A stretch of 64,000 nt of DNA from Spirochaetia bacterium (GTDB lineage: Bacteria > Spirochaetota > Spirochaetia > SZUA-6 > Bin103), in assembly GCA_965203515.1 (NCBI GenBank), contig OZ241907.1, positions 448,001 to 512,000 of the forward strand. The letters are read 5' to 3'. The position numbers and the translations under genes were made by a program. Below are positions 60,246 to 64,000 of this stretch, in pieces; positions within the stretch are counted from its first letter, which is position 1, and the number at the start of each line of letters is the position of its first letter. Under the pieces are notes generated by a model. That model saw nothing but the letters and a program-made list of their open reading frames with translations, did not search any database and was not told where the DNA came from.

Positions 60246-61262
60246 TCAGTCGCCGATCACGGAGCGGAAGAGCCGGAGCAGGTTGCCGCCCAGGATCATG
60301 CGGATATCCTCGTCGCGGAAGCCGCGCCGGCAGAGCTCGCGAGTGACGTTGATCAGCCGGTCGTAGCTGCCGAGTTCCTCCGGGATGCCGAGATAGCCGC
60401 TCGCCGGCAGGCCGTGGGCGCGGCGAAAGTCGTCGCTGAGATCGAGGTAGTCGCAGCCGAGCGCGACCCGGTCGACGCCGACCGCGCCGACCAGATACTC
60501 GACGTGGGTGACCAGATCGGCGGCCGTCGCGATGCGGGTGGGATGCAGGTAGTGACTGAAGAAATGGAGGCCGATCACCCCGCCGGTCGCGGCGATCGCC
60601 CGGAGCTGATCGTCGTCCAGGTCGCCCGCGCCCGGAATCGCCCCGCGCGGAGCCCCGTGCAGAAATGCGACCGGCCGGGAGCTGAGCTCGGTCACCTGAA
60701 AGAACGTCTTCCTGCTGCAGTGTCCCGGGTCGATCAGGACGCCGATGCGGTTCATCTCCCGCACCGCTTCCCGGCCGAAGTCGGTGAGCCCTTCGCACGC
60801 GGGAGGGTCGCGCCGGTCGCAGATGTCGTTGCCGCCGGCCCAGGTGAGCTGCATCACGCGCAGTCCCAGTCCGTGGGCTTCGTGCAGCAGCCCCAGGTCC
60901 CGTTCGATCGGCTTGCCCCCCTCGAAGCCCAACAGCACGGCCGACCGCCCCGTTTCGTGGGCGCGGGCGATATCGCCGGCGCTCCGGGCCAGCAGCAGCG
61001 CTTCCGGGTGGGCGTCGACGATCGCCCGGATACGCTTCATCTCCTGCCACGCCGGCTCGGTGAAGCCGGTGTACTCGTGCAGGGACCGTTCCCGGTCCTC
61101 CGCATCCGCCCAGATCCGAGCGTCCACGGAGGCCAGGGTCACCTTGCCGGCCAGGCCGGCGCGGTGCATGGCGAGCAGATGCCGCTCGTCGCAGTAATGG
61201 TCGTGACCGACGAACACCGGCGAGGACCGGTGCAGCGCTTCCGCTTGCGCCGTCAGGCTCAT
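60246..61262 (-). CDS. Membrane dipeptidase (peptidase M19) family
   Basis: GHDH, GFEGG, GLTDFGREAVREMN and VALGCDY. Confidence 0.88.
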   Translation of the reverse strand: MSLTAQAEALHRSSPVFVGHDHYCDERHLLAMHRAGLAGKVTLASVDARIWADAEDRERSLHEYTGFTEPAWQEMKRIRAIVDAHPEALLLARSAGDIARAHETGRSAVLLGFEGGKPIERDLGLLHEAHGLGLRVMQLTWAGGNDICDRRDPPACEGLTDFGREAVREMNRIGVLIDPGHCSRKTFFQVTELSSRPVAFLHGAPRGAIPGAGDLDDDQLRAIAATGGVIGLHFFSHYLHPTRIATAADLVTHVEYLVGAVGVDRVALGCDYLDLSDDFRRAHGLPASGYLGIPEELGSYDRLINVTRELCRRGFRDEDIRMILGGNLLRLFRSVIGD

Positions 61263-62224
61263 CGCCGCGGGATCAGCCCCGGCGGGCGGCCCTTCACGAA
61301 GTCGACGGCGTTGCCGCCGAGGATGCGGCCGGCCGTCTCGCGGCTGAACCGGCCGTGCGCCCGCACGGCGGCGATCCGCGCGGCCATCTCCTCGCCCTGC
61401 GCGAAGTGGGGCCAGTCGGTGCCGAACATGACCCGATCCGGGCCGGCCGCCTCGACCAGAGCCTCCAGCGCCGGGGAGCGGGGTTCCAGCGCTCCCAGGT
61501 CCGCGTAGACGTGCGGGTACTCGCGGATCAGGGCGCCGGCTTCGGCCGCGTGCTCGGGCGTGAAGGTGCGCGCGCCGGCGTGCGCGAGCTGGAAGTTGAT
61601 CGACGGAAAGGCATCGAACGTCCGGCGCAGATGGCCGGCGTAGTCCTCCCAGTCGCGCACGCGGGCCGTCACCTCCCGGTGTCCCGGCGGTATCGTCTCC
61701 GGCGGGGCGGGATCGTCCTTCCCCAGGTACCAGTAGGAGGTATCGATGATGACCGGCGCCTCGTGCTCGGCCGCCAGGGCGATGATCCGCCGGCAGCGAG
61801 GATCGTCCGGCAGCTCGCCCCAGAAGGAGGTGACCAGCTTGAGTCCGGCCGCGCCGGCCTCCAGATTCCCGCGCGCCCGCGCCATGTGGTCCGGCACCGC
61901 CGGTCCCAGATGGCAGGGAAACCAGTAGAACCGCTCTCCGCAACGCCGCATGACGTCGAGCGGGTACGTGACGTTCATCGTCTCCCGTACCGTCTCCGGA
62001 TCGATCCCCTTGTTCGACAGGTCCGCGGGGATGTCCTCCGGACTCCAACTGATGTAGAACGCGTGATCGATGCCCGATGCGTCCATCAGAGCGATGAAGT
62101 CCTCGGCGCTGGTCGGGTTGGTGACGCCGTCGCTCCGCCGGACGCTGTAGCGCTGCGGCCGGCCGGCCGAGTCGAACGGCTGGATGAGATGGATGTGGGC
62201 GTCGATGACGGGCGGCATGGGCAT
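61259..62224 (-). CDS. Amidohydrolase_2 family protein
   Basis: IDAHIH, LAHAG and VMFGTDWP. Confidence 0.88.
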   Translation of the reverse strand: MPMPPVIDAHIHLIQPFDSAGRPQRYSVRRSDGVTNPTSAEDFIALMDASGIDHAFYISWSPEDIPADLSNKGIDPETVRETMNVTYPLDVMRRCGERFYWFPCHLGPAVPDHMARARGNLEAGAAGLKLVTSFWGELPDDPRCRRIIALAAEHEAPVIIDTSYWYLGKDDPAPPETIPPGHREVTARVRDWEDYAGHLRRTFDAFPSINFQLAHAGARTFTPEHAAEAGALIREYPHVYADLGALEPRSPALEALVEAAGPDRVMFGTDWPHFAQGEEMAARIAAVRAHGRFSRETAGRILGGNAVDFVKGRPPGLIPRR

Positions 62225-62396
62225 GGCGCCCGGAGCTTACCCGATCGGCGTATGGGCGTACAGCTTCGCCGCCGAGGCGAACTTCCGCAGCCGCCCCGCC
62301 CGCCCGCGCGTTTGCCGCGCCCCCGCGCGTTGTCGCGCCCGGCGCCCGCCGGGTATCATGGCGGCCCGACGGGTCGTCCCGACCAGGAGGCAGGTC

Positions 62397-63362
62397 ATGG
62401 CAGGCACTTTCGCGGCGGCGCGGACGCGCGCTACGAGGCTGCGGGAGTCGTCCGTATACCGGCGCATCTATCGCGATCGCTACTACCTGGCGCTGCTCCT
62501 GCCCGGCATCGCCTATTTCGTCATCTTCCACTACCTCCCGATCTACGGGCTGCAGATCGCCTTCAAGGACTTCTCCCCCCGCGCGGGCATCGCCGACAGC
62601 CCCTGGGCCGATCGGTTCGGGATGGCCCACTTCATCCGCTTCTTTTCGGTCTACAACGTCGGCCGGCTGATCGCGAATACCTTTCTGCTCAACCTCTATT
62701 CGGTGCTATTCGCGTTTCCGGTGCCGATCGCGCTGGCGATCATGCTGACCGAGACGCCGAGCTCGTCGTTCCGGCGCAGCGTCCAGACGGTCACCTATCT
62801 TCCGCACTTCATCTCGATCGTGGCGGTCATCGGCATCATGCGGATGATGCTGTCGCCGGGCTCCGGCAGCGTCAACCGGCTGCTCGGGCTGCTCGGCGTC
62901 GACCCGATCTACTTCATGATCGAACCGGGCTGGTTCCGGCCGCTGTACGTGATCTCCGGGGTCTGGCAGGACGCCGGGTTCGGGGCGATCGTCTACCTGG
63001 CCGCGCTCGCATCGATCAATCCCGAGCTGTACGAGGCGGCGCTGATCGACGGCGCGGGCCGCCTCCAGCGCATCCGGCACGTCTCCATACCCGGCATCGT
63101 GCCGGTGGCGGCCATCCTGTTCATCTTCAACATGGGCCGCCTGCTGACCACCGGCTTCGAGAAGGCGCTGCTCATGCAGCACGGCACCAACCTGGTGGTC
63201 TCCGACGTCATCGGCACCTTCATCTATCGCGTCGGCCTGCAGGAGGCGCTCGATTTCGAACTCGCCACCGCGGTCGGCCTGTTCAATACGCTCGTCAACT
63301 TCACCCTGCTGGTCGCCGCCAACGCGGTGGTCCGGCGCGTCGCGGGGACCGGCCTGTGGTAG
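62397..63362 (+). CDS. ABC permease (LplB/YteP-like)
   Basis: YLPHFIS and ELYEAALIDGA. AGGAGG RBS. Confidence 0.92.
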   Translation: MAGTFAAARTRATRLRESSVYRRIYRDRYYLALLLPGIAYFVIFHYLPIYGLQIAFKDFSPRAGIADSPWADRFGMAHFIRFFSVYNVGRLIANTFLLNLYSVLFAFPVPIALAIMLTETPSSSFRRSVQTVTYLPHFISIVAVIGIMRMMLSPGSGSVNRLLGLLGVDPIYFMIEPGWFRPLYVISGVWQDAGFGAIVYLAALASINPELYEAALIDGAGRLQRIRHVSIPGIVPVAAILFIFNMGRLLTTGFEKALLMQHGTNLVVSDVIGTFIYRVGLQEALDFELATAVGLFNTLVNFTLLVAANAVVRRVAGTGLW

Positions 63363-64000
63363 CGCGCGCCGGACTGCGGCGCTGGCAGGCGCTGGACGTG
63401 CTCAACCACCTGCTGTTGACGCTGATCGCCTTGGCCTGTATCTATCCGCTGGCGCACGTCCTGTCGATCTCCCTCAGCAGCGAGCGGGCGATCGTGCAGG
63501 GCATCACCTGGTTTCCGCGCGACGTCGATCTGATCTCCTACAAGTTCATGCTCACCCATCCCCGCATCCTCGGCGGCTACGTCAACACGATCCTGTACAC
63601 GGTCACCGGCACCGCGATCAGCGTGGCGATGACGGCGATCACCGCCTGGCCGCTGTCGAAGCGCCGGCTGTTCGGCCGCACGCCGATCACCTTCATGATG
63701 GTGCTCACCCTCTACTTCACGGGCGGCCTGATCCCGACCTATCTCCTGATCCGCGGGCTGGGGCTGCTCAACACGATGTGGGCGCTGGTCCTGCCGCCGG
63801 CGGTCGCGGTCTGGAACCTGATCATCCTGCGCACCTTCTTCCAGAACCTGCCGGAGGAGCTGGAGGAAGCGGCCTGCATCGACGGCGCGGGAGTGCTCCG
63901 CACCCTGCGCACCGTGATCCTGCCGTTGTCCAAGGCGGCGCTGGCCACCATCGGCCTGTTCTACGCGATCGGCCTCTGGAACCAGTACTTCCCGCCGCTG
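63356..64000 (+). CDS. Carbohydrate ABC permease (LplC-like), 3' truncated
   Basis: Read by hand from GTG 63356: IYPLAHVLSISLS, GGLIPTYL and ELEEAACIDGA. Frame is open to the window end. Confidence 0.88.
   Translation, partial: MVARAGLRRWQALDVLNHLLLTLIALACIYPLAHVLSISLSSERAIVQGITWFPRDVDLISYKFMLTHPRILGGYVNTILYTVTGTAISVAMTAITAWPLSKRRLFGRTPITFMMVLTLYFTGGLIPTYLLIRGLGLLNTMWALVLPPAVAVWNLIILRTFFQNLPEELEEAACIDGAGVLRTLRTVILPLSKAALATIGLFYAIGLWNQYFPPL

Overview
A very GC-rich, gene-dense bacterial chromosomal segment. I saw no rRNA, tRNA, CRISPR array, integrase or transposase. Most of the window is carbohydrate and organic-acid scavenging genes: six ABC-importer clusters (one truncated by the window end), two BNR/sialidase-like proteins, several glycoside-hydrolase-like TIM barrels and beta-propellers, mannonate dehydratase (uxuA), two enolase-superfamily enzymes, DHDPS-like and RraA/HMG-type aldolases, AKR/SDR/Gfo-Idh-MocA oxidoreductases, two PhyH dioxygenases and amidohydrolases. 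It also holds a cysH-cysD-cysNC sulfate-activation operon and a GT2 + UDP-xylose synthase pair. The cysteine-free 'LFATGEEE' type N-termini of three binding proteins suggest a Spirochaetia host (inference). Four small islets that look like conflict or defence modules, each with more AT-rich sequence, sit between the metabolic operons. (1) 2578-4462: a 98-aa basic putative RNase next to a 525-aa protein with an immunity-like N-terminus and a C-terminal IrrE/ImmA HExxH peptidase; this is my best candidate for an undescribed system. (2) 18918-20509: an ABC-type ATPase coupled to a PD-(D/E)xK nuclease. (3) 31761-32163: an internally deleted AAA_14/DUF4143 gene with a palindromic operator. (4) 38263-39017: a HigB-HigA-like pair fused into one ORF that still keeps an internal antitoxin start. 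All functional calls come from recognising motifs by eye. No database search was run.
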